A DNA stretch of 64,000 nt from Mobula hypostoma (lineage: Eukaryota). Made by a program: the position numbers and the translations under genes. The notes under the pieces are model-generated. The model was not told the DNA's origin and did not search any database. It saw only the letters and a list, made by a program, of their open reading frames with translations. Below are positions 11,551 through 22,543 of the stretch, one piece after another (the first letter of the stretch is position 1; each line of letters begins with the position of its first letter). The DNA lies in contig NC_086097.1 in the NCBI RefSeq assembly GCF_963921235.1, positions 3,410,001 to 3,474,000 of the forward strand, given 5' to 3'.

Positions 11551-13322
11551 ACCATAAGACGTAGGAGCAGAATTAAGCCAACAGGCGCATGGAGTCTGCT
11601 CCACCATTCAATCATGGCTGATCCTTTTTTTCCCCTCTTCAGCCCCCCTCCCCAGCCTTCTCCCCGTAACCTTTGATGTCATGTCCAATCGAGAACCTAT
11701 CAACCTCTGCTTTAAATACACCCAATGACCTGGCCTCCGCTGCTGTCTGTGGTAGCAAATTCCACAAATTCACCACCCTCTGGCTAAAAGAATTTCTCCA
11801 CATCTCTCTTTTAAATGGACACCCCTTACCCTGAGGTTGTGTCCTCTTGTCCAAGACTCCCTGACCATAGGAAACATTCCTATCCAGATCTACTCTGTCT
11901 AAGCTTTTCAATGTTCAAAAGGTTTCAATAAGATTCCCCCCCCCCCATCCTTCTAAATTCCGACTACAGACCCAGAGCCATCAAATGTTCCTTATGATAA
12001 CCCTTTCATTCCAAAAATCATCCCTCTGAACCTCCTCTGGACCCTTTCCAATGCCAACACATCTTTTCTGAGATGAGGAGCCCAGAACTGTTCACAATAC
12101 TCAAGGTGAGGCCTCACCAGTGCCTTATAAAGCCTCAGCATCACATCCCTGCTCTTGTATTCTCGATATCCTGAAATGAATGCTAACATTGCATTTACCT
12201 TCCTCACCACCAACTCGACCTGCAAATTAACCTATAGGGTGTTCTGCACAGGAACTCTCAAGTCTCTTCGCATCTCAGATTTTTATATTTCCTCCCCACT
12301 TAGAAAACAGTCTGCACATTTATTTCTATGACTTAAATGCATGACCATATATTTTCTAATATCGTATTTCACTTGTCACATTCTTGCCCATTCTCCTAAT
12401 CTTCCTAAGTCCTTCTGTATTCTCTCTACTTCCCAAACATCTGCCCCTCCACCAGTATTTGTATCATCTGCAAACTTGGCAACAAAGCCATCTATTCCAT
12501 CATCTAAATCATTGATGTACAGCATAAAAAGAGGCGGTCCCAACACTGATGCCTGCGGAACACCACAAGTCACTGGCAGACAACCAGAAAAGGATCCTTC
12601 TATTCCCACTCGCTGCCTCCTTCTAATCAGCCAATGTTCTAACCATGTTAGTAACTTTCCTGTAATACCATGGGCTCTTAACTTGGTAAGCAGCCTCATG
12701 TGTGGCACCTTGTCAAAGGCCTTCTGAAAGTCCAAATATACAACATCCACTACATCCCCTTTATCTATCCTACTTGTAATCTCCTCAAAGGATTGCAATA
12801 GGTTCGTCAGGCAGGATCTTCCCTGAAGGAAACCATATGACTTGATTCTGTCTTGTCCTGTGTCACCAAGTACTCCATAACCTCAACCTTAACTGACTCC
12901 AAAATTTTCCCAACCACTGAAGTCAGGCTAACTGGTCTTTAATTTCCTTTCTGCTGCCTTCTTCCTTTCTTAAAGAGTGGAGTGACATTTGCAATTTTCC
13001 AGTCCTCTGGCACCATGCTGAGTCCAGTGATTTTTGAAAGATCACTACTAATACTTCCACTACCTCTTTCGGAATCCTGTGGTGCAGTTCATCTGGTCTG
13101 GCTGACTTCTGTACCCTTAGGTCTTTCAGCTTTTTGAGCACCTTCTCCCTTGTAATAGTAACTGCACTCACCTCTCTTCTCTCACACCCTTCAACACATG
13201 GCACACTGCTAGTATCTTCCACAGTGAAACCTGATGCAAAATACTCATTTAGTTCATCTGCCATCTCCTTGTCCCTTGTTATTATTTCTCTTGCCTCATT
13301 TTCCCCCGGTCCTATATCCACT
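11551..13322 (-). mobile_element. Decayed CR1 LINE (RT to 3' end)
   Basis: Minus ORFs contain [21 protein letters not shown] and LVRPHLEYC. Confidence 0.9.
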
Positions 13323-13707
13323 CTTCCCTCTTTCCTCTTCTCTTCTCCTCACCTGCCTGTCACTTCTGTTTGGTGCCCCACCTCCTTCATTTTCTCCCAT
13401 GGTCCACTTGCCTCTCCTATCAGATTCTTTCTTCTCTGGCCCTTTACTTTTACCGCCTGATGGGCCAGATGGCTGACTCCTGCTCCTATTTGTTGTGTTC
13501 TTATGTCACCTCTCAGCCTCTCACTTCATTTATCTGGTTTCATCTATCACCTTCCACCTTCCAGTTTGTCCTCCTTCCCTCCTCCCACCTTATTCTGGTT
13601 TTATCCCCCATCCTTTCCAGCCTTGGTCCGAAACATCAACTGTTTATTGATTTCTATAGGTGCTACCTGACCTGCTGAGCTCTCCCAGTATTTCGTGTGT
13701 GTTACTC
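13323..13707 (+). mobile_element. Old Penelope-like element 3' (pLTR) fragment
   Basis: Pyrimidine-rich tract followed by ccgaaacatcaactg...tgacctgctgag...tcgtgtgtgtt, homologous to the PLE termini at 15340-15477 and 20950-21084. Confidence 0.6.
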
Positions 13708-13909
13708 TTGAGGATCAAGATTCAGGTCAGTTTCCATCGAGTCTGACTAATGTGTTGGAAACATAACTCCATTTCAAGATGTAGACAGTGGAAAGATGGA
13801 AATCTTTGGATATGAACAATAATTGGTATATTTTTTAAATTAAATAAAAATAATTAATTTTAGGTTTATTATTTATTCTTATCCAAGTACTCTTTCTAAC
13901 TAAACATTT

Positions 13910-15477
13910 TTTTGTTGGGTTTGTGGAACAATCTATGTTCCGTGCCTATTCTGGTATCTGTCCCCCACTTTTCCTTCGCTACATCGACGACTGCATTGGC
14001 GCTGCTTCCTGCACGCATGCAGAACTCGTTGACTTTATTAACTTTGCCTCCAACTTTCACCCTGCCCTCAAGTTTACCTGGTCCATTTCCGACACCTCCC
14101 TCCCCTTTCTAGATCTTTCTGTCTCTGTCTCTGGAGACAGCTTATCCACTGATGTCTACTATAAGCCTACTGACTCTCACAGCTATCTGGACTATTCCTC
14201 TTCTCACCCTGTCTCTTGCAAAAACGCCATCCCCTTCTCGCAATTCCTCTGTCTCCGCCGCATCTGCTCTCAGGATGAGGCTTTTCATTCTAGGACGAGG
14301 GAGATGTCTTCCTTTTTTAAAGAAAGGGGCTTCCCTTCCTCCACTATCAACTCTGCTCTTAAACGCATCTCCCCCATTTCACATACATCTGCTCTCACTC
14401 CATCCTCCCGCCACCCCACTAGGAATAGGGTTCCCCTAGTCCTCACCTATCACCCCACCAGCCTCCGGGTCCAACATATTATTCTCCGTAACTTCCGCCA
14501 CCTCCAACGGGATCCCATCACTAAGCACATCTTTCCCTCCCCCCCCCCTGCATTCTGCAGGGATCGCTCCCTACGCAACTCCCTTGTCCATCCGTCCCCC
14601 CCATCCCTCCCCACTGATCTCCCTCCTGGCACTTATCCACGTAAGCGGAACAAGTGCTACACATGCCCTTACACTTCCTCCCTTACCACCATTCAGGGCC
14701 CCAAACAGTCCTTCCAGGTGAGGCATCACTTCACCTGTGAGTCGACTGGGGTGATATACTGCGTCCAGTGCTCCCGATGTGGCCTTTTATATATTGGTGA
14801 GACCCGACGCAGACTGGGAGACCGCTTTGCTGAACATCTAAGCTAAGCTCTGTCCGCCAGAGAAAGCAGGATCTCCCAGTGGCCACACATTTTAATTCCA
14901 CATCCCATTCCCATTCTGACATGTCTATCCACGGCCTCCTCTACTGTAAAGATGAAGCCACACTCAGGTTGGAGGAACAACACCTTATATTCCGTCTGGG
15001 TAGCCTCCAACCTGATGGCATGAACATTGACTTCTCTAACTTCCGCTAGGCCCCACCTCCCCCTCGTACCCCAGCTGTTACTCATTTTTATGCACACATT
15101 CTTTCTCTCACTCTCCTTTTTCTCCCTCTGTCCCTCTGAATATACCTCTTGCCCATCCTCTGGGTCACCCCCCCCCTTGTCTTTCTTCCCGGACCTCCTG
15201 TCCCATGATCCTCTCGTATCCCCTTTTGCCTATCACCTGTCCAGCTCTTGGCTCCATCCCTCACCCTCCTGTCTTCTCCTATCATTTTGCATCTCCCCCT
15301 CCCCCTCCAGCTTTCAAATCCCTTACTCACTCTTCCTTCAGTTAGTCCTGACGAAGGGTCTCAGCCTGAAACGTCGACTGCACCTCTTCCTACAGATGCT
15401 GCCTGGCCTGCTGTGTTCACCAGCAACTTTCATGTGTGTTGCTTGAATTTCCAGCATCTGCAGAATTCCTGTTGTTT
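13910..15477 (+). mobile_element. Penelope-like element: RT C-terminus, GIY-YIG endonuclease and 3' pLTR; 5'-truncated
   Basis: ORF 13923-14846 has LRYIDD, LPFLD and VYYKPTD, then FTCESTGVIYCVQCSRCGLLYIGETRRRLGDRFAEHL. A short duplication (ctaagctaagc, ~14838-14848) shifts the frame. A pyrimidine-rich 3' region and a hammerhead motif follow. Confidence 0.93.
15343..15380 (+). ncRNA. Minimal type I hammerhead ribozyme motif in the PLE terminus
   Basis: agtc-CTGACGA-agg(gtctcag)cct-GAAA-c-GTC-gact: stem I, the CUGANGA box, stem II, the GAAA box, and a GUC cleavage triplet ending at 15375. Confidence 0.8.
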
Positions 15478-15509
15478 GATTTTAAGACTATTGCTGCATT
15501 AGATGATGA

Positions 15510-15888
15510 GTATAAAATCCTAAAGGGATTGGACAGGCTAGATGCAGGAAGATTGTTCCCGATGTTGGGGAAGTCCAGAACGAGGGGTCACAGTTTGAGG
15601 ATAAAGGGGAAGCCTTTTAGGACCGAGATTAGGAAAAACTTCTTCACACAGAGAGTGGTGAATCTGTGGAATTCTCTGCCACAGGAAACAGTTGAGGCCA
15701 GTTCATTGGCTATATTTAAGAGGGAGTTAGATATGGCCCTTGTGGCTAAAGGGGGTCAGGGGGTATGGAGGGAAGGCTGGGGCGGGGTTCTGAGTTGGAT
15801 GATCAGCCATGATCATACTGAATGGCGGTGCAGGCTCGAAGGGCTGAATGGCCTATTCCTGCACCTATTTTCAATGTTTCTATGTCTC
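15510..15888 (+). mobile_element. Young CR1 3' fragment (same family as 4278-7735)
   Basis: Near-identical to 7355-7735. Confidence 0.92.
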
Positions 15889-16327
15889 TAAGTATAGTAG
15901 ATTATGCCTGGTCAAATTGTCTTACAAATCAGAGACACACGGGGGACTGCAGAGGCTGGGATCTGGAGCAACAAGCCATCGGCTTATAGTATTCAGCAGC
16001 TCTACAACATGCCAGGGTCAACGTCATGACATAGAACTTCATTATAGAAAGCAATAAAATATATAAATGTTCCATTTTAAATATATTTCTAAACAACCAT
16101 TTCAGGATTATAATTAAGATTGGCTTAGCTCAAAACTCCAATATCAAGTTCAAATTTAATTGTCAATCAGCCATGCCCACGAACACAGCCAAATGAGACA
16201 GCATTCCTCCAAGGGTCAAGATGCAAAACACATTAGCAAAAGTCACACACAGCCTAAGTGTGAGTTCCACGTTACAACCGAGGGCACACAGCTTCCTTGC
16301 CCTCAGTCTCTTCAGTGACAGTGTTCG

Positions 16328-17237
16328 GCGGCAGTGTTAGCTGCGAGGAGGATGCTAAGAGGATGCAGAGTGACTTGGATAGGTTGGGTGAGTGGGCAAA
16401 TTCATGGCAGATGCAATTTAATGTGGATAAATGTGAAGTTATCCACTTTGGTGGCAAAAATAGGAAAACAGATTATTATCTGAATGGTGGCCGATTAGGA
16501 AAAGGGGAGGTGCAACGAGACCTGGGTGTCATTATACACCAGTCATTGAAAGTGGGCATGCAGGTACAGCAGGCGGTGAAAAAGGCGAATGGTATGCTGG
16601 TATTTATAGCGAGAGGATTCGAGTACAGGAGCAGGGAGGTACTACTGCAGTTGTACAAGGTCTTGGTGAGACCACACCTGGAGTATTGTGTGCAGTTTTG
16701 GTCCCCTAATCTGAGGAAAGACATCTTTGCCATAGAGGGAGTACAAAGAACGTTCACCAGATTGATTTCTGGGATGGCAGGACTTTCATATGAAGAAAGA
16801 CTGGATGAACTGGGCTTGTACTCGTTGGAATTTAGAAGATTGAGGGGGGATCTGATTGAAATGTATAAGATCCTAAAGGGATTGGACAGGCTAGATGCAG
16901 GAAGATTGTTCCCGATGTTGGGGAAGTCCAGAACGAGGGGCCACAGTTTGAGGATAGAGGGGAAGCCTTTTAGGACCGAGATTAGGAAAAACTTCTTCAC
17001 ACAGAGAGTGGTGAATCTGTGGAATTCTCTGCCACAGGAAACAGTTGAGGCCAGTTCATTGGCTATATTTAAGAAGGGAGTTAGATATGGCCCTTGTGGC
17101 TATGGGGGTCAGGGGGTATGGAGGGAAGGCTGGTGCAGGGTTCTGAGTTGGATGATCAGCCATGATCATAATAAATGGCGGTGCAGGCTCGAAGGGCCGA
17201 ATGGCCTACTCCTGCACCTATTTTCTATGTTTCTATG
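16328..17237 (+). mobile_element. Young CR1 3' fragment (same family as 4278-7735)
   Basis: Near-identical to 6818-7730 (ORF 16297-17238), with a tttctatg tail. Confidence 0.93.
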
Positions 17238-17819
17238 AATCACTGAATCGACTTGCAGTATTCTACATCACCAATGCAATCACAATAAAAATGTCCAAGA
17301 CAGGCACTTGCACCAACTGTTGGATGGTGCACGACCTCTGATGGGGTCTTGCCGGCAGCAACACGGAACACAACAAGTCCAGCTCCACTCGCTGGTGGGG
17401 TAGAGCTGCAGCACTCCATGTTCCAGTGTCTTGTGATCGTAAAAATGAAAATTACACCTTTGTTTGGACCTTGAACCCAAATGTGAGGTGAGAATGACTG
17501 GTCCTGACACACAAGGCAGCCCCGACACATGAGTTATGACGGAATCCATAGGGCCAAGTGTCCACTGGCTGCTGTTATATTGACCATCAATGGAAGATGG
17601 CTGTGCTTGTTGGGTTTATTATTCTTAGCCCCAGATCATCTTCACAGCCAGAAGTGAGAGATCTGCTGACAACCATGGGGCAGCTAGCTCCAGTCACAAT
17701 TCCTTGAGTAATGATACAACCAGACTTGAGTCACAGTCAGAAATAAACAGTAATATTAATGTCCCTCCTGAAGGGGGCTTGACCAAATCCCCGCCCCCCC
17801 CCCCACAAGGCTTCCTTTG

Positions 17820-18430
17820 TTGATTATTACAACACGGAAAATTGAAAGAAAAATCCTGCATAAAGCAGTGAATATGTCCCAGTCCATCACTAGTAAAGCA
17901 TTCCTCACCCTTGAGCACATCTACATGCAACGCTGTCACAAGAAAGCAGCATCCATCTTCAGGGACCTCCACCATCCAAGCCAAGCTCCGCTTCTCACTG
18001 CTGCCATCAGGAAGGAGGTACAGGAGCCTCAGGGCTCACATCCCCGGGAACAGGAACAGTTACAGTTTTATCCTTCAACCAGCAGGCTCTTGAACTAAAT
18101 GGATAACTTCACTGAACTGTTCCAATAACCTATGGACTCACTTTCAAGGACTCTTCATCTCATGTTCTTGATATTTATTCTTATTTATTTTTTATTATTT
18201 TGTTTGTTTTTTTTCTATTTGTATTTGCGGTTTGTTGTGTTTTGCTCATTGGCTGTTTGTCTGTTTTTGTTATGTGCAGTCTTTCATTGATTCTATTGTG
18301 TTTCTTTGTATTTATTGTGTATGCTTGCAGGAAGATGAATCTCAGGGTTGAATATGGTTGTTATTCTCTCTCTCTCTCTCTATATATATATATACACACA
18401 CTTTGATAATAACTTTACTTTGAACTTTGA
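17820..18430 (+). mobile_element. Rex1/Babar 3' fragment
   Basis: KAASIFRDLHHP and LLPSGRRYRSL motifs, with a (tttgaac)n tail. Confidence 0.75.
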
Positions 18431-18584
18431 ACATTTTTCCTCACTAATCCTTAAATGTAATATTTCTCCATCATTCCCTCTACCCCAACAACCATTTCCA
18501 CGGCAAGTTTTGGGAAGGTTTCCTGGATGACAAATTTCTGATCAAGAAACCTGAAGTGCTACTAAAGGTTTCAACTGAGAGGAA

Positions 18585-19482
18585 AGCAGAGCACCGGGCG
18601 GAGCACCACGCATTCTCAGGCAGGAACATACAAACTCCTTACAGATGGTGTTGGAATCAACCTCCAAACTCCCAAGTCCTAGGAATAATGGTGCACAGTT
18701 CCCTGAAGGTGGAATCTCATGTGGATAGGGTGGTGAAGAAAGCTTTTGGTATGCTGGCCTTTATAAATCAGTGCATTGAGTATAGGAGTTAGAAACATAG
18801 AAACATAGAAAATAGGTGCAGGAGTAGGCCATTCGGCCCTTCGAGCCTGCACCGCCATTTATTATGATCATGGCTGATCATCCAACTCAGAACCCAGCCT
18901 TCCCTCCATACCCCCTGACCCCTGTAGCCACAAGGGCCATATCTAACTTCCTTTTAAACATAGCTAATGAACTGGCCTCAACAGTTTGCTGTGGCAGAGA
19001 ATTCCACAGATTCACCACTCTCTGTGTGAAGAAGTTTTTCCTAACCTCGGTCCTAAAAGGCTTCCCCTCTATCCTCAAACTGTGACCCCTCGTTCTAGAC
19101 CTCCCCAACATCGGGAACAATCTTCCTGCATCTAGCCTGTCCAATCCCTTTAGGATCTTATACGTTTCAATCAGATCCCCCCTCAATCTTCTAAATTCCA
19201 ACGAGTACAAGCCCAGTTCATCCAGTCTTTCTTCATATGAAAGACCTGCCACCCCAGGAATCAATCTGCACCAACCTGCACTCAGCGATGTTGTCGTTTA
19301 AAGTTAAATTGGACAGGAAAGGAATGGAGGGTTATAGGCTGAGTGCAGGTTGGTGGGACTAGGTGAGAGTAAGAGTTTGGCACGGACTAGAAGGGCCGAG
19401 ATGGCCTGTTTCCGTGCTGTAATTGTTATATGATTATATGGCCCTGAGCTGTAATATTGTTCTGCTAACCACTATGCTACTG
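18585..19482 (-). mobile_element. tRNA-derived V-SINE 5' part split by a + strand CR1 (~18673-19440), itself split by a - strand young CR1 (~18791-19268)
   Basis: SINE head (gctaaccactatgctac) at 19441-19482 and body (aaactccttacagatggtgttggaat) at 18585-18672. CR1 motifs lie between them in both orientations. Confidence 0.7.
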
Positions 19483-19849
19483 TTTTTAATCCTGCAAGAG
19501 GTATTAAATAACCAATAGAGATCTGACAACAGTCTAGCAGTTTAATCATTATCTGGCAGAAATGACAGAATTAATGTTTTCAATGATGGTGGGATTCGAG
19601 CACGTATTCCCATTGTATTGCTGGGATTGGCAATTATTAATGACGCCAAATTAGTGAAGATTCACACTGAAGCGCAAAGATAAAAAAAGGGATCAAAATA
19701 AAGAGATGGCAACAATTTAACATGATACAAAGTAAAAGAAAATAATGTGGACTAAAAGAGAAGCAAACATTATTGTGGTATTTTTGTGATTAAGGAATTT
19801 TATCGCAAAACTAAAACAATGCAATTAACATTTATTTAGAATTCCAGAA

Positions 19850-20225
19850 CAACACACACAAAATGCTGGAGGAACTCAGCAGGTCAGGCAGCATCTCTGG
19901 AAATGAATAAACAGTCAATGTTTTGGGCCAAGACTGGAAAGAAAGCGGGGAGGGGAAGGAGAATAGCTGAAAGGTGAAAGGAGAGGAAGAAATCTAATAG
20001 GAGAAGAGGGTGGACCATAGGAGAAAGAAGAAGAGGAGGGGGCCCAGGGGGAAGTAATACACAGCTGTGAAGAGATTAAAGATTAGAGTGGAGAATAGAG
20101 GAAGTGTGGAACAATCTGTTTACTGTAAAGAGAAATCAATATTCATGCCATCAGGTTGGAGGCTACCCAGATGGAATATAAGGTGTTGCTTTTCCACACT
20201 GAGTGTGGACACATCTTCACACAAG
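19850..20225 (-). mobile_element. Penelope-like element 3' fragment
   Basis: Reverse complement of caacaccttatattcc..ctgggtagcctccaacctgatggcatgaa (compare 14977-15025) plus a pLTR end. Confidence 0.8.
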
Positions 20226-20864
20226 AATTTTTAATGGACTGAATGGGAAAATAACTCAGCCAAGGACAGGGCCAAGCCAGGGTGTGACAGAACGAAGCTT
20301 GTGCATAGGGCTGGCAACCCCATCCACGGCTACAGAAATGCCATCAGAGGCTCCAAAGACCTCACCCCTGAGAGCAGGGGGAATCTTCAACGGGCTACAC
20401 CGGGAGATAGCATGAAAACGTGACCCAGAGCAGAGGACTCTGGTGTGCTGCCTTTGGCCCAGTAGGGCTTAAGTAAGTTAAAGGGGAGAATAGTATCCCC
20501 TGTAATTGGTGATCCATCCCAGATCAAAAGAGTGGCAGTAAGAGAACTAAGTGGTTAAAGGCCGGTTATTCAGAGGAGGTGAAATTATCCTGACACTACA
20601 GCTGTGCCTAAATCAGCTTAAGGACAGCATCCATGAAGTCCGCACTGAGTGCCAGCTAGCTAAAGAAAGATAAAGTAGTTTTACAATACATTATTTATTA
20701 GAGTCAGCAGTGAAAGACCATTACATCCAATAGTTACTGTGTACCAGGAAGTGGTCTGAGCTCAGTTGTATACATATGTCAGTGAAGAGTGTAGTCTTTT
20801 AAATCTTTGCCCCCAAATGTAAAATAAAAAGTGCCTGCCTATAAAAAGTTCATTGCCATTAATT

Positions 20865-21084
20865 TACACAAAATGCTGGAGGAACTCAGCAGACCAGGCA
20901 GCATCTATGGAAAAGAGTACAGTCAATGTTTCTGGCTGAGATCCTTCTTCAGTCCTGATAAAGGGTCTTGGCCCGAAACGTCGATTGTACTCTTTTCCGT
21001 AGATGCTGCCTGGCCTGCTGAGCTCCTCCAGCAATTTGTGCGTGTTTCTCGGATTTCCAGCATCTGCAGATTTTCTCTTGTTTG
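20865..21084. mobile_element. Fold-back (inverted pLTR pair) Penelope-derived element with a mutated hammerhead
   Basis: 20865-20945 is a diverged reverse complement of 20960-21040. The centre reads cagtc-CTGATAA-aggg tcttgg ccc-GAAA-cGTC-gattg. Confidence 0.8.
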
Positions 21085-21189
21085 CAATTCATTTACATAT
21101 TTTTATTTATTTAGAAACACAGTGTGGAACAGGACCCCTACCAGCCCACGAGCCGCACCAACCATCAACCCACCTATTCAACCCTGCCC

Positions 21190-21600
21190 AACACTGAGCA
21201 CATCTACGAGGACCACTGTCATGGGAAACAGCAACCTCAGCACCCACACCAGCAGGTTCGGGAACAGTTATTACCCTTCAGCCATTGGCTTGTGAACCAG
21301 AGGGGATAACTTCACTCACCTCAACACTGAATTGATTACACAACCTATGGACTCACTTTCAAGGACTCTGAAGCTCATCTCCTCATTGTTATTTATTTAC
21401 TTGTTTATTATTATTTTTTGTATTTGCGCAGTTTGCCTTCTTTTGCACATTGGTTGTTTGTCAGTCTTTGTGTGCAGTTTTTCATTGGTTCTATTGTATT
21501 TCTTTGTTTCTGTGAATGCCTACAAGAAAATGAATCTTAGGGTTGTCTATGGTGACAGATAGATACTTTGATAATGTATTTAATTTGAACTTTGAACTTG
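21190..21600 (+). mobile_element. Rex1/Babar 3' fragment
   Basis: cacaccagcaggttcgggaacagttattaccc and a tttgaactttgaac tail; homologous to 18030-18430. Confidence 0.72.
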
Positions 21601-21783
21601 TAGGCCATATCTTTACCAAGCCATTATAATCTGCTAAGAGTCGAAACACTGACAATCAGCTGCATCACCACTGTATAAAACTCTGCTATCAATATTCTAC
21701 AGGTCAATATTTACCAGTGGAAATAGAGTGGGTCTTAGAAACAGGCATTCTGCGGTATACTTTCACCTTATGACTCCCTAAAG

Positions 21784-22274
21784 CAACGTTCCCTCTAACA
21801 TTTTACAGATGCATGGGACAACCATTGCTCTGTGCAGGAAATTGTTATATAGACTGAAAACTGCGCGGCACTTTAAATGATTTTTTTGGTAATTTGCATG
21901 CTATGAATATTGTCAGCATTTATTAGGCCGGCACTTTATTTATGATGAGCTACCGACTTCCATTCTGAGTTTATTGTTACACTTTGTAACAGTGTTGTAA
22001 CTTGAAACTTTGACAATGTAAGTATGTTGAAGCTCTAAAATGTTTCCAAGTAAAGGTTGCTGTACATTTATTATTTATATATATTCATTATATATAAATA
22101 ATAAACGTTATATATTCATTAACACATTACAGGGTATGTCACAATTATATTTACATAGATTTCAAATTATATTAACATGATATAAAGAAAATTCCAGTGG
22201 CATGGCAACAAAGGCTAGGTGTGTGGGAACATTTCAGTTATTCTGCGTACCCACACAGCTTAGAGGGAAGAGTG
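21784..22274. mobile_element. Non-autonomous hAT-like DNA transposon
   Basis: TIRs caacgttccctctaa / ttagagggaagagtg. Flanking 8-mers ccctaaag and ccccgaag match at 6 of 8 positions. Confidence 0.6.
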
Positions 22275-22543
22275 CCCCGAAGGCTTCTTGAACCTATGAT
22301 GCATGCCACTAGCACGTAGAGCTCCACCAGAGTGAAACATCTGACTTCATCAAGTACAGAGCAGCCTGTATATTGGTGGAATACGACTGCAGTTTGTAAC
22401 ATCAGGTGAATGAACTATAATGAACTGCCAAGAAGTTTTTGACAGCAACTCTCCACCCCTGAACTTTGACAGCCCAGAAGCATAACATTGAACATAGAAC
22501 AGTACAGCACAGTAACCGGCCCTTCGGCCCACAATGTTGTGCT

